A model generated the notes under the pieces. The model was not told the origin of the DNA. It saw nothing but the letters and a program-made list of their open reading frames with translations, and searched no databases. A stretch of 49,767 nucleotides of DNA, counting the filler, from Basidiobolus ranarum (Eukaryota), in the NCBI GenBank assembly GCA_040143965.1. It is 2 parts of 2 records of this genome, joined end to end, with 100 filler letters (N's around TTAATTAATTAA, not from the genome) between each part and the next. Parts side by side here need not be neighbours in the genome. Positions count along the whole stretch, not along the records: positions 1 to 24,898 come from JASJQH010000146.1; positions 24,999 to 49,767 come from JASJQH010000147.1. One strand, written 5' to 3'. Below are positions 12,805 to 25,994 of the stretch, piece by piece. The number at the start of each line of letters is the position of its first letter. The first letter of the stretch is position 1. The position numbers and the translations under genes were made by a program.

Positions 12805-13876
12805 TTACTTCTTATCTCCTTGAGGGTATTGAGACACTTTGCCGAGATTTGCATTTCCTCCCCAGTAGTTGTTAGGTTGCATGTATTGGTTGGCTTGTGT
12901 AGCGTATGGATTCATCGATTGTTGCTGGTTATACTGAGGATATTGACCAGGGTTCATATAGGTTCCGGCCCCCAAACCACCGCTTCCCAACGGTAATTGG
13001 GATTGGAGTTGGTTGGGCATAGGATTTGACATTTGACTGGGCATTTGATTTGGCATCTGACTGGGCATTTGATTTGGCATCTGACCGGATAATTGAGTTG
13101 GCAACTGATTAGAGATACCACCGTACTGCTGACCGTAGCTTAATCCAGCTAGTGCAGCGTTGTATTGTGTAGCAGACTGTTTTCTATCCTCACCATAAAG
13201 GGCATCGGCATTTGGATCCATGGAGGGATTAGAATCACCACCATATACGTTCGACATTTGAGGTGTACGCGATTGCGCTGGTTGCTATTTAATCAAGAAA
13301 TTAATTAGAAATTGGGCACATGATTTCTTGAAGAATATGTATAAATGAACCTACAGGTGATGGAATATTTTCTTTGGTCTGTACGGAGTCAGGAGCATTC
13401 AAACACGACTGAATAAGATTTTTTCCTTCAGGTTGGGTGACTAGAGGTTGCAACTTCGGCGTAGTAAAAGTGTAAACGAGACCAGTCTCAGAAACGACCA
13501 AGAGCAAAACCTGAGTACCTGTGAGTGTACTAAGTTCGTAAGCCTATTTAAAAGAGAAGAGATAAGTGAGTTAAGGTGATATGAAATAATCTAAGTTTCG
13601 GTGGACAATTACCTTCTTCATGATTCCGGCCTTTCGCTTACTAAAAGTAATATGACGACGACTTTTATCTTCAATGTATTCAATTTTTATCTTACGACGA
13701 CCTGCTCTTTTCTCATTTTTGGGGGTTCCTTCGTCGGAGTCAACGTCGTCATCCTCTTCAAAATCGCGTTTATTTCCGTGTTGTTCAGCCTTGGGTGTAA
13801 CGGGAGATAGACCGCTGTTGCTGAAGGTTCTATTGATAGTACTATTCATAGTATTTGTAGTGGCGAAGTTGTTCAT
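12805..13876 (-). CDS. MCM1: SRF-type MADS-box transcription factor (Mcm1-like), 3 exons
   Basis: GRRKIKIEYIEDKSRRHITFSKRKAGIMKK|AYELSTLTGTQVLLLVVSETGLVYTFTTPKLQPLV; introns 13612-13544 and 13354-13285; Q/N/P-rich C-terminus. Confidence 0.93.
13030..13085 (-). repeat. Coding minisatellite encoding (QMPN/QMPS)n in the Mcm1 C-terminus
   Basis: 12/24-nt tandem units visible; protein QMPNQMPSQMPNQMPSQM. Confidence 0.8.
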
Positions 13877-15055
13877 AACTTGGGTTCGTGGTGTTAGGGT
13901 TTGTGTCAAAGTTCCGAAACAGTGAACTCAACTAGTTCAAATCGAGTGCAAGAAGCCAAATAGGGAGAGAATCTTAAAATAACAGTTAAGTAGGGTTCCT
14001 AATCAAGGTTTACGTGGATGGATTGGGGTAAACTAAAGATCAATTGTAAGCCAAAGTGCGTGACAAATTGGAGGATATCCGAATTGGATGATTAACGTAT
14101 GTATATTGATTTTTATATCAACTCTTTTTTTTTGAAGCCTCTGGACCCCACCGTCGTACTTGGACAATCATTGGTTGGAATGCCATCAATAGAATATCTC
14201 CATTTCGAATTATATAGGGTTAAATAAGTTTATATATATATTTCCTACATTCATTTCCCATACCTGTTCTCTTTACCTTTCTTCTAGCTTCTCATAGGCA
14301 CATGGGAAAGTAACGTGATTAATATAAATGGCAATAGGCATTTCCTATTATGAAAACTACCATGTTGTAAGTTGGTGTGGAAGACCAGTGGAGGATTAGG
14401 GTTAGGGTTGAAGATGGTAATATGTCCACGATGAATTAATTTCATCTGTACTAATCTAGACTATGAATGAGAGTAAGCTGATTGGTTTAAGACGCGTAAG
14501 CAAAAATCGAATTTCGCGTTCGCTGCATGGGCCAATAATATGACGACCTGAGAAATGATTTACCCGCCTTAACATTTGAGCCCATAAGAAATACTGATGC
14601 TGCATTGCTGTTGAAATCTTCTAAGCTTGGTCACACTAAATATGCATTTCACAAGTGCTTTTAATTGGTAGGAAAATAGTTAGACTGCATATATAAGGTT
14701 GTTGAACCAGATCGCAAATGCTATGCTTTATGCATCGATTAGTGGTAACCCTAACCCTAATTTGGTTGGCATTTTGAATTTAATTTAAGTCAACTTGGAT
14801 AAAATTTCAGAAGATTGATTAGATTTAGCGTTAAAATAATTTGGTTCTTTGGGGGGATTTTATGGAGAATACTGGGAGTTCTGTAAATATTTCATGATTT
14901 TTTAAAATAGCGAAGCTGATTGGATAAAGTAATCCAAGCGAAAGAGAAGCAAAGATTTTCAAATTAACATTTTTGAAGATTTCTCTTTCCCTAGGCCTAA
15001 CCTTGAGATATCGTTTTTAAACGGACGTACTGTACCAGGTTAGAGATAAGAAACG

Positions 15056-15754
15056 ATGTTTTCCGTAATTAAGACAGCTAGAGGGAATGTTTCCGCCATA
15101 AAGTATGCCACTTATTTATCTACCAGAACCTACGTAGCTCCCAGTTCTTCTCTTTTTTCTCATATTGGTAAAGCCCCAGTGAAGTATTCTTCTGATGTTC
15201 AAATAGAGTTTTTACCTATGCCTTTTACCGACGAGCCACGTTACCAAAAGACCAAGACCTTGATTGTAAAGGGTCCTCTTGGTGAAGAGAAAATGCCTAT
15301 TGACCCATTCGTCAACTTGAAGTTCAAACAAGACTTGACTAGTGATGAAGGTGGCCAACTCTTAGAAGTCAGCATTGAGGATAAGAACATCAAAAAGCAA
15401 AAGCAAATGTGGGGAACCACCAGAGCTTTGATCAACAACTCGGTTATTGGTGTTTCCGAGGGCTTTAGTGTGCCTTTACGTTTGGTTGGTGTTGGTTACA
15501 GAGCAGCTCTTGAGACCAATGGTAAGTTAGGTTTGAAACTTGGTTACTCTCATCCTATCGAAATGGAGGTTCCTGAAGGTATCACTGTGACCATTCCCAA
15601 CCCAACACGTATCGTTCTTTTCGGTTCCAACCTTCAAAAAGTCAAGCAATTTGCGGCTAAGATTCGTGAGTGGAGAAAGCCCGAACCTTACAATCAGAAG
15701 GGTATTTTCGTTGGTGACGAAACTATCAAGAAGAAGGAAGGAAAGAAGAAATAG
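15056..15754 (+). CDS. MRPL6: Mitochondrial ribosomal protein uL6m
   Basis: Presequence-like N-terminus; WGTTRALINN, LVGVGYRA, LGYSHP, RKPEPYNQKGIF. Confidence 0.95.
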   Translation: MFSVIKTARGNVSAIKYATYLSTRTYVAPSSSLFSHIGKAPVKYSSDVQIEFLPMPFTDEPRYQKTKTLIVKGPLGEEKMPIDPFVNLKFKQDLTSDEGGQLLEVSIEDKNIKKQKQMWGTTRALINNSVIGVSEGFSVPLRLVGVGYRAALETNGKLGLKLGYSHPIEMEVPEGITVTIPNPTRIVLFGSNLQKVKQFAAKIREWRKPEPYNQKGIFVGDETIKKKEGKKK

Positions 15755-16253
15755 ATGATTTAGTCCGATCATCGTTGATTTCTTTTCGAGCATTCACAAG
15801 CATATTTAGAAAATCTCTATCACTTTATCTGTTCCACTTTACATCTTATAAACCAAATAAAGCTCTGAAAATCCCATGATTCAGTAAACATGTAAGCGAG
15901 GTTACATTTCTCATCATTAAGGTTAAAAGATACATGCTAATACTTGAAATAAATCATTTTACTATAGTAAATTTTGAGAAATTCGATTTCTTTGATCATT
16001 CTAAAGGTCCTTTAGTCTTATGGACATTGTTCAATCCATCTTGGAAACATAATGGTGATTTATTAGAATACATGAAGTGTGGTTCAGGGTTGGAGCTTCG
16101 ATCTTGGCATGCGGCAGATGAATCATTTTAATGGTCATTTTGTAGCAAAGAACCTTAGGGTGAAGTAAAAGCAGAGTTATTCACAAGACGAATAGATGGA
16201 GTGGTGATTTTGATATGGGTGATGTGTGGCTAAGTACCCACTAAAAAGAGGAT

Positions 16254-17339
16254 TTAATCCTTCTTCAATGGGACTTTTTTACTTTGAACTCCTTCTGAGG
16301 TTACAATGAATAACTGAAGGAAATCACCCGTGTGGATATCGCGTTCGGTTGCTGAAGTAAATGAATCTTGGGCAATCTTGACCGCTCTCTGAGCAGGAAT
16401 ATCCCGATCAACAACGTTTTGTTGATTTTTAAAACCAACCTGATTTTGTAATTTTAACTTAACATCTACACTGATCACAATATCAATTTCAATAGTTTAC
16501 CTGATTATCCAAGAATGGTTGAATCAACGAGCTAGCTGAGCCACCAGCACGATGGGTCTCTCTTTCATAGGAACCCACTGGGTCAAAACTGTAAACAGCA
16601 CCAACACCTGTCACGATTAAAGTTCAAATTAGATTATTATAGTCAAATTAAAGTAATGTTAATATTTACCGTGCTCATCCACACCACCAAGTAAAATAAA
16701 GGTGTAATAAGGGAAGAAGCGTTTAGAGTAAAGTATGATGGAAACCATTTGAGCAATAGCTCCAATCGACATTTCTTTCTCGTGTGCATGCTTATACCAC
16801 TAAATACATGTTCTCGGTAAATAGTCGGTTCAAAAAATGTATTCAAGGTGGTAAATTACTTCTATTCTTTGCTTAATTCGTTTGACTAAAGCGAGGCCGT
16901 CAGCATGAAAACCGTTGGTGGCGATGACTACCTTGTTAGTGCTGAGTGATATGAAGTTAAGGAAGAAATAATGATGTGTGTGATATACTTGGCCGTGTTT
17001 CTTACTATCAATAGAAAGGATACATTTGATAGGCTTTAGGTACATCACGAGAATTGATTGTATATCCCTCGCTCTGACGGGTGTCAGAGGCGATTACACA
17101 ATAATCTTTACCAGCAATAGCCAAACTTGTTCTGAATGAGGAGACAATTAAAGAAAAAAATGTTAATGGGTTATTACTATTGATAACACTATACAGTGAA
17201 GTAGATATATTTGAAGAGACTCTCTTAAAGAGAATACTTACCCTCCATTGTCAGTATATGGGGAGTACTTGTGCTCGATAGGAGCCTGAAGTGGGTTGGA
17301 AATTGGATGGTTTAAAGGATGACCGATGATATATGACAT
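16254..17339 (-). CDS. PRE7: 20S proteasome subunit beta-6 (Pre7/PSMB1), multi-exon
   Basis: Spliced reading gives [77 protein letters not shown]. Confidence 0.92.
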
Positions 17340-17812
17340 GTTGGTTGAGTTTCCAAGTGTATGTTCTATTAAATATGGTGCTTTGCAAGTTAACGTAGTT
17401 CGAGTAATATCCAACTTCCAAATAGGCCTTGGAAATGCCTATAGCGTAACACGCTTCCTAATTTCTCATCTACATATTGACTACGTAATCTATTGAATTT
17501 TTTTATAATCCCATTTTACGCTATTTCGTTCACTAATCGAATGTCATTTAGGAAGATTGGCAAAAACCTAGAGTCTGAGTACATGTTAGTTGTATGGCAG
17601 CTTCTTTTACATGAATGCTCAATAGTAGCAGAGATCAAATATTGTTCCTTTTTTATAGTTCAAACCAATTATGTTACATAGATATCATTTCGTAAATATC
17701 AACGTGCTTGGCAGTGTCAAGGATTGATAGGAAACTAATTCGAAAAGTAAAAACCATGTCACTGAAGATTAACCAACTTAAAGGGGGTAGGGGTGAACAT
17801 ATAATATCTTCT

Positions 17813-18444
17813 TTAAGCAGTTCTAAGAATTAGATGTACTCCACTATCAGACCAAACTGGTTCACTCATCTCACCCACTTTGAGTGCGAAAGCTGCATCT
17901 TCAAATGGAGGCTGCATTTGACCACGACTAAAGAAGCTCAAATCTCCTTCTCTCTTAGCACTTGAGCAATCAGATTCAGTTTTAGCAAGTTCTCCTAAAG
18001 TGATTTCTTTAGCCAATATTCTACTACGGTGCTTTTCAAGAATTTCAAGTGCCTCTTCTTTCGTACGAGTGATTTCAGCCTGATTATAACCAATCAAAGT
18101 TAAGAACGCGTGAAATATGATATTACGAGTCTGATAAATACTATACTTACTTCCTTCCAAGAGCTGGGTCTCCTGCTATCACGATGTTTAATAAGTAAAT
18201 GACTCGCCTTAATCTGATCGTTTTGCTCAGCTAATTCGGTATCAGTTAAGGTACTAGAACCTTCCGGTGGTTCCCAGCGACTCTCTTTAGTTTCATTATT
18301 GTAAAAATAGGGTAGATTACGAGTACGTGACATACGGACTTCCCAGTTAGGTGGTAATTTGTACTTGGATGGAAGTGACTACAGGAGAAACTCATAAGTA
18401 ACGGGGGAAAACAATATACCAATAAATTCACAAATCAGTACCAT
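17813..18444 (-). CDS. ESS1: Parvulin-type peptidyl-prolyl isomerase with WW domain (Pin1/Ess1), 3 exons
   Basis: WW domain LPPNWEVRMSRTRNLPYFYN...SRWEPP; HLLIKHRDSRRPSSW; SDCSSAKREGDL, GQMQPPFEDAAFAL. Probable ATG-only first coding exon at 18444-18442. Confidence 0.93.
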
Positions 18445-19005
18445 ATTCAACGATCGTAGGGATTAAATGGATCTTTAGGGGTAAGTTAATAGAAAGGTGA
18501 GTAATACGAAAGAGAACAAAGAAAGTTGGATGTCAGTGTAGCCCAAATATTCCAAGTGATTCGGCAGTAATTTTGCTGGGGCCCTGTGGAATATTTCCGA
18601 GATTTTAAAATCAAGGGGAGTTTAAAAGTTCTTAGTTCAGTATCACTGGTCACAGGTTTAAAACAAGCTGATCATTAATGTTTTGATTTCATTCTAATGG
18701 AAAATATGCTCTTTTGGGGTAGTTTATCTTTCGGTGGCACGGGACTGCCCATGGTATGTGACACAAAGATATTGTTGTCTCTTGGATTGTGCATTTATTC
18801 GAGGTTCAAGAGTATGTTTCCTCACGAACCTCGTCCCTATCCGTGACTAATATAAAAACATGGATGTTTAGGGATACTTGAGTCTTCATTCATTTATTAG
18901 CAAAAGATGTTTAAAGCATACAAGCGAATAACAATCTGCGTGTAAACATACTATTTTTTCATGATTTGCTTTCATTATTCCACAAAATCTCTCAGTTAGG
19001 TCAAG

Positions 19006-20117
19006 TTACGACTGCTGCTCGTTGTTTCTAAAATGAGGCCAATCTTTGGCTAAATCGAGTTGCCATTTTTCATTAGCGACTCTTTTTTGAGCCACACTAC
19101 AGTGATTTGGAGCTACAACCAAGAATTTCCCACGTGGATCTTCTAGTAGACTAGTCAATCCACTACATGGAGTAGAGGGTAGAGTGATCTTGGTGAGGGG
19201 AATGAAGTAAAGATGTGTATGCTTGGCCACCGTGACTCTTCCTGCCTAAGAAGAGTTTTAGTTTCAAGTTTTTTCAGCACAATTAGTATTCGCACCTAGG
19301 TACCCACCTTATGCTGGTCATGAACCCTCCGTACTTCCCGGTTAAATAAAGATATGGTCTCCTTATCCCTGGAAAGAAGGCGAGTTATAAAAAACAAGAT
19401 ATTGTTACTTTCAATGATCTCTTCTAATTCTCTCAGCTCCACTCGATTGTTCATAAGTAAGACAGGAGGACTAAACATATTCAGTGGTTTACTCTGGTTT
19501 AGTTTCTATTAAAAAGAGATGTTACATATTTTCAAGAGCCACAGCAGTTGGACTCAGAAATTGAAGCTCTCCAATACAACTGCCCTGATTCAGTTTGTCT
19601 AGTTTTCCTTCCCAAACTACATGATTCCATTGATTCTTCGCTTTACTTAGAGTTTGTTCAACACGTAGTAACTCCTTCAATTGCTGGATCCTCAAGCTTT
19701 CATATTTACTCTCTTGTTCAAGAGTCATCAAAGATAATTCGTGCATAAATTGCTCCTTGAAAATCACCAACATTCAGTCACTAACAATACTCAATAAGAA
19801 ACATCCTCCCTCACCTCTATATCGCTTACACTTACAACTGGTTTGTTTTGCGGTATAATAAGGCTTGCTTGTTGGTGAGCGATATCAGCATCTTCTGCAA
19901 GAAGACTTGACGCTTGTTCGGTGAGCAGATGTGAGGTGGGGAAATGGATTAAAGAGCTTCTTGTGCGACAATATTGAGCATCCCAACCAGTAATAAATTT
20001 TAAGCGCAGTAACTTGATTTGGCTGATGTGCTGGTTCGCTACATGCCGAATAGTGTGCTGGTATTGCTGAGCCAACTCCTTGATTTTTTGTTCCAAGATG
20101 AGAGTGTTCTGTTCCAT
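19006..20117 (-). CDS. Uncharacterised multi-exon helical/coiled-coil protein
   Basis: Four consecutive minus-strand ORFs separated by GT-AG-bounded gaps; no family recognised; exon 2/3 junction and start ambiguous. Confidence 0.5.
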
Positions 20118-20376
20118 GGTCAGTTCATTTCTCAAAACTGAGAGAGCTGCGTTATTTATAAAACTAATCCCTACAACAATGAGTAAAGTTTCAATGATGG
20201 AAGTCAAATATCCTTCCGATAGTGAATAAGATTTCGATGAGTTGATGTGATTAAATTTAGATGAAAATGATGGTGCCCATTCCGATTCCGATTCCGCAGA
20301 ATTTCTACAAATTTTTAACTTCTTTCATATTTAGGTGAACATCATTTTCTCTCAATCATCTTCTAATAGATATAAA

Positions 20377-21348
20377 ATGGTTGCCGCCAACTCCCCCACA
20401 GAGAATGTTTCAGAAAAATGTCCCGTTAATCACGAAACCATAGAAGCTTTTCTTCCTTCTGATAGTAAAGCGGAGAATTTAAATGTAGAACCCAAATGTC
20501 CTGTCAATCCTGAGGCAATGAAAGCTTTTCTCCCAAATAATACCGAGAGTAAACAACCAGAGGCGGAGTCAAAATGTCCAGTTGACCCCGAGTCTATGAA
20601 AGCTTTTTTACCACCTGATCAAAAAGCACCAACTCCTCCAACTGAAGGTTGCGATAGTAATAGTATTAGTACTACTAATTACATGCCAGCTCCCAACCAA
20701 AATCGTGCAGAAGATCAGAATAAGGACTTATCATTGGATAGAGAGGTATCGACTATACCCCGAGGCGGTGAGAGCAGTGAAAGCTACTGGGTTTATCCTT
20801 CGGAGCAAATGTTCTTTAACGCCATGAAGAGAAAGAGTTGGACACCCTCTGAGGATGACATGGCGACAGTGGTACCCATACATAATGCGGTGAACGAGAT
20901 GTGTTGGAAAAAGATTTTGGAGTGGGAGGCTTTGCATGAAAAGTAAGCATGTGGTTACTCTTTGTTGTTGTTTTGTTTAAGCTAGATACTAATATCATTT
21001 CTATTGCAGTAAATGTGGTGGTCCCAAGCTTATCAAATTCCAAGGAAAACCCCGAGACTATACCCCTAAAGCGCGTCTGAGAAATCTATTTGGGTAAATA
21101 GGAGATTGATTATAAATCATTTTTAGGCAAGGGCTAAAAAGCATTATCTTATTAGTTACAAGCTGCCATTTGACAGACACGACTGGACTGTAGATAGATG
21201 TGGCAAACCGGTTCGCTATGTGATAGATTTCTACTCCGGAAAAGCTGATCCCAATTCGCCTTCTTCAGTTTCCTTTTATCTCGACGTTCGTCCAGCGGTT
21301 TCCGTAGAAGGCGTTATGGATCGTATTCGCCGACTTTTTAGTGATTGA
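20377..21348 (+). CDS. Holocytochrome c synthase, cytochrome c1 heme lyase (Cyt2)-like, 3 exons
   Basis: Three CPV heme-regulatory motifs; [56 protein letters not shown]. Confidence 0.92.
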
Positions 21349-21573
21349 GGTACTCTGACTCTCACCATGTGTTCGCACCTCACCTATTCATGCATAGACC
21401 TATACCTATCCCCATTGATTTTGCTTGTAATGGCCCTTAAATGGCGCACTTGCCACAATTCATCACTATACAATAAATCATCCCTATCCTAACCCTGACT
21501 CTAATCGAGTGCCTGTGCCTGAGATAACGTGAATGCTTCCAAACAGGGGCCCCATGTCTCTCAATGTCAATGA

Positions 21574-21657
21574 TTAGGTAATTAAGCTATCCTCAAGAAC
21601 CTATCCCCGAGAATTGTTAGGTAATGAGGTCTTCAAGAACTTTATCCCGAAGATTCC
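21574..21657. repeat. Imperfect ~43-bp tandem duplication
   Basis: TTAGGTAAT...TCYTCAAGAAC...TATCCC...ATT appears twice in tandem. Confidence 0.6.
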
Positions 21658-22223
21658 CTTATTTGTTTCTTACCAGGTGACCATAATATTGATTGACAAT
21701 ATGGTCAAGTCCATTTCAATAATCTCAATCTTGATTCACATTAAAGCATCTTGCCTTTTTGGTGGATTCTCACCCTAACCCTAACCCTTTGTCGGTAGCT
21801 CCAGTACCAATTACATCCATTGAAACATCCATTGAAATTTAACCCAAGAGCTCATGAATGCTGGTAACAACCTCATCAAAAATCCCCAGATGCTACATAT
21901 GGTAAAAACGCATCAAAATCTAACAAACCCATTAATATGGTGGAATTTTTTCGTTCCTAGTTGGTAGATACAGCCTTACTTATTCAGGTCTGAATCTATT
22001 TCTTGTGTTGACAGGTATTATTTATCTACGATAGAAGAATTGTTTTCTTTCTGTCTCAGTTCTCCCAAGGTGTTGAAAGTAATACACAACATCGGAAAAC
22101 TTTCTCTTTCCTTGATATTTAGAGTTATATATATAGTTTCCTATGCTTAGAATAGAAGCTGAGCCTTGAAAGTCGACACAGAGTCAAACAGTGAAACACT
22201 CCAAGCACCAGTCGTGTCAAATA

Positions 22224-23207
22224 ATGAGAAAGAGCTCTCCCGAAAGGTCAACTTCCGGGCAGTTAAAATCCAAACAAAAAGAGACCACCCTAAACCCATA
22301 TCCTTACCCAAGAGAAGAAAATGATTCCTTTTCACGTAATAGTCAATCTAGTAAGAGCGCATCTGAACCTTCCGTGCTACCAAATTACCTATATACTTTG
22401 ACCAACAATAGAGCGCCGAATGAGTCGACCATTAACACCACTTCTTACGAACCAAAGGATAACTTGGATTTATATCAAGCGAATAACATTGTCACTCCAC
22501 CTAGTTCTAAAGAAACTAATAGGATATTCGTATCACCCATTGAACCTAAAGTTTATGTGGGGCCATCAAAGGACTGGGAAAGACTCGTAAGTCGCTCACA
22601 GTTTAATCCATTGACTCCGGCGATAATTTCCCCCAAACCTTCAACAGATATATCCCAACAGAATGAACGTAGTGGCTTCCAAACCGCCAACCAGAAAACT
22701 CATGAGACTATTCCTTTAGACACTAGAGAGTCTTCATATTGTACCATACTGAAGCAAGAAGCATCCCAAATATTAGAATCGGAACCTACTAAGCATAATC
22801 TCATAGACAAAAAAGAAGTAGTGGACCCCACTACAAACAAAAAGATCTATACATTGAACTCTTCGAATAGTGGTGAACCATCAAGTAAAGCTATAACAAA
22901 AGGGAACTCTCCTGCTCTATTAGAAGCTGAAGTAGATGGAAAAAAGCACATATGCGAGGAATGTAGTCGTAGTTTCTCTCGCCCAAGCGCTTTAAAAACC
23001 CATATGTACACTCATACAGGAGAAAAGCCATTTACATGTAGCTACCATGAATGTGATAAGCGATTCTCAGTGGAATCCAATTTACGCCGTCATTATCGAC
23101 TTCATTTGTCACAAGAGCGCCATTTGAACGAAAGATCCTCTCGTGGTCCTTATCACCCGAATGGCAATCCGAGGACTGGACAACCCGGCTTCTATCCTCA
23201 TTCATAA
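22224..23207 (+). CDS. Two-finger C2H2 transcription factor, MtfA-like (copy 1)
   Basis: HICEECSRSFSRPSALKTHMYTHTGEKPFTCSYHECDKRFSVESNLRRHYRLH; first in-frame ATG at 22224. Confidence 0.88.
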   Translation: MRKSSPERSTSGQLKSKQKETTLNPYPYPREENDSFSRNSQSSKSASEPSVLPNYLYTLTNNRAPNESTINTTSYEPKDNLDLYQANNIVTPPSSKETNRIFVSPIEPKVYVGPSKDWERLVSRSQFNPLTPAIISPKPSTDISQQNERSGFQTANQKTHETIPLDTRESSYCTILKQEASQILESEPTKHNLIDKKEVVDPTTNKKIYTLNSSNSGEPSSKAITKGNSPALLEAEVDGKKHICEECSRSFSRPSALKTHMYTHTGEKPFTCSYHECDKRFSVESNLRRHYRLHLSQERHLNERSSRGPYHPNGNPRTGQPGFYPHS

Positions 23208-24174
23208 CAGCTAAGACTTTCATGGTAGTTATGCCATTAGTTGCGAGAAATCTCCTACGCTAAGCTGAGCTTTTGTCGGGAGAGTTCTAACGCTTTCGTG
23301 AAAAGTGGTAGTTCGTATTCAGCCCTTCGGTATATGTTAGTTCTACATTAACTTCAAGTGACATGGTTTCTTTGCACTTTTGAATCCTCACACTTCATCA
23401 CCTAATATAATTCAATAGTCCACACATTTGATACAAATAAACAGCAAACCCCTCATCCATAATTTCTCACTCGTCATACTGTTTGCTACCAGAAAACCCT
23501 CGATCTCAATCCATCGATCTGACCGATCGGACATTTGCATACGATACCTCTGTCTCACTCGATTGACTGCCAATCCAAGTGCCAATTTTTCACTTGTACC
23601 ACCGTTCGTCAGTTTGCTAGTTTGTTAACAGAGATTAGACCAGCAACGAATTATAGCTAGACTGCTCATTCTTCATTGGTCAATATCTCTTGGATGATTA
23701 GGTAATGATTTCATATTTATTAGAAATATACTCTTATATAATTCGATCGATCCAAGCCCTAACCCTAATCTTCCCCAATCACTTCGAATCTGATGCTACC
23801 CGATTCCTGTGGTATTTTTTTACCATTGCTTATCTCACTCCCCCATATATGTCAGCATTTGAATGGTTGTTAGTGTGGCTCAAGCGCTCCTGATGTAGGA
23901 TAGAATATTGAAACAATGGAATAGACCACAAATATTATGCTGCATTATTGGATTAATTAACGAAGATAAACGACCATTGGGGATCACTTTACTCACCTTG
24001 ATTACTGCTTAGTTAATAACATCCAAACGGTTAAAGGGTTTAAGAAAGTTCAAAATTTTCACTTCTTTCTAAGTTGATGAAAATATTGACTGGAGTGCAC
24101 TAAAGTGTTATTGTATCTTGTCAGGTAATATTATTACAAAAACTTGATGTGTTTAAGCTATCATTCCCTTTTTG

Positions 24175-24898
24175 TGTTGTAATTAGCATTGCCTAAACAC
24201 CTATATATTCATATATAGCTTAGTATTTAGTTTGTCTATATTTCAATACGATATTACCCATTATTCGATATCGGAACTTAGAATCACCCACCATTCTCAA
24301 TCGGAATTTACTTAGAATATTGACACCAACTTGGAAGCTCTCAGATATATAGCCTTTTCAAACTTATGCTAGAAGTACAAAACTTTGCACACATGTTCCT
24401 GCGAATTTTTTAACACATTCTACACATTTATTTGTGTATACCTTGACAAAACTATAAATGTCAATCATCAACTCAATAAATCAAAAAGTGAAAACCACCA
24501 ATTTCTCTAGTTTGTCAAATCACTTCCAACATGCTCACAAAATACCTTAACTGGATATGAGTGTTGAAATTAGCATTGACTAAACACCTATATAGTCATA
24601 TATAGCTTAGTACTTAGTTGTCTAATAATTCACCAAGATATTATCCATTATTTTCAATTGGAATTTACTTAGAATATTGACACCAACTTAGAAGTTCTTG
24701 TTGAAATTAGCATTGCCTAAACACCTATATAGTCATATATAGCTTAGTACTTAGTTATCTTATAATTCACTAAGATATTATCAATTTTTCTCAATCGGAA
24801 TTTACTTAGAATATTGACACCAACTTAGAAGTTCTCAGATATATAGATTTTTCAAACTTGTGCTAGAAGCCCCAAACTTTGCACACATGTTTCTGGGA
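24175..24898. mobile_element. Nest of three related LTR-like elements: complete 24175-24531, partial 24562-24698, and 24699 to contig end
   Basis: Each copy begins TGTTG(T/A)AATTAGCATTG; copy 1 ends TTCCAACA (terminal inverted repeat) and contains a TATAAAT and an AATAAA; copies align closely by eye. Confidence 0.7.
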
Positions 24899-24998
24899 NN
24901 NNNNNNNNNNNNNNNNNNNNNNNNNNNNNNNNNNNNNNNNNNTTAATTAATTAANNNNNNNNNNNNNNNNNNNNNNNNNNNNNNNNNNNNNNNNNNNN
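24899..24998. other. Assembly gap/linker: N44-TTAATTAATTAA-N44 (artificial six-frame-stop spacer)
   Basis: Exactly 100 nt and symmetric, with a PacI-type all-frame stop motif. Confidence 0.97.

Positions 24999-25994
<996 letters not shown>

Noticed and set aside
24175..24898. Repeats as a CRISPR array
   Set aside because: Eukaryotic context, long units, no unique spacers and no cas genes; LTR-like termini explain them better.
24943..24954. TTAATTAATTAA palindrome inside the N-run
   Set aside because: Artificial all-frame-stop linker, not biological; adjacency of the two flanks is therefore unproven.
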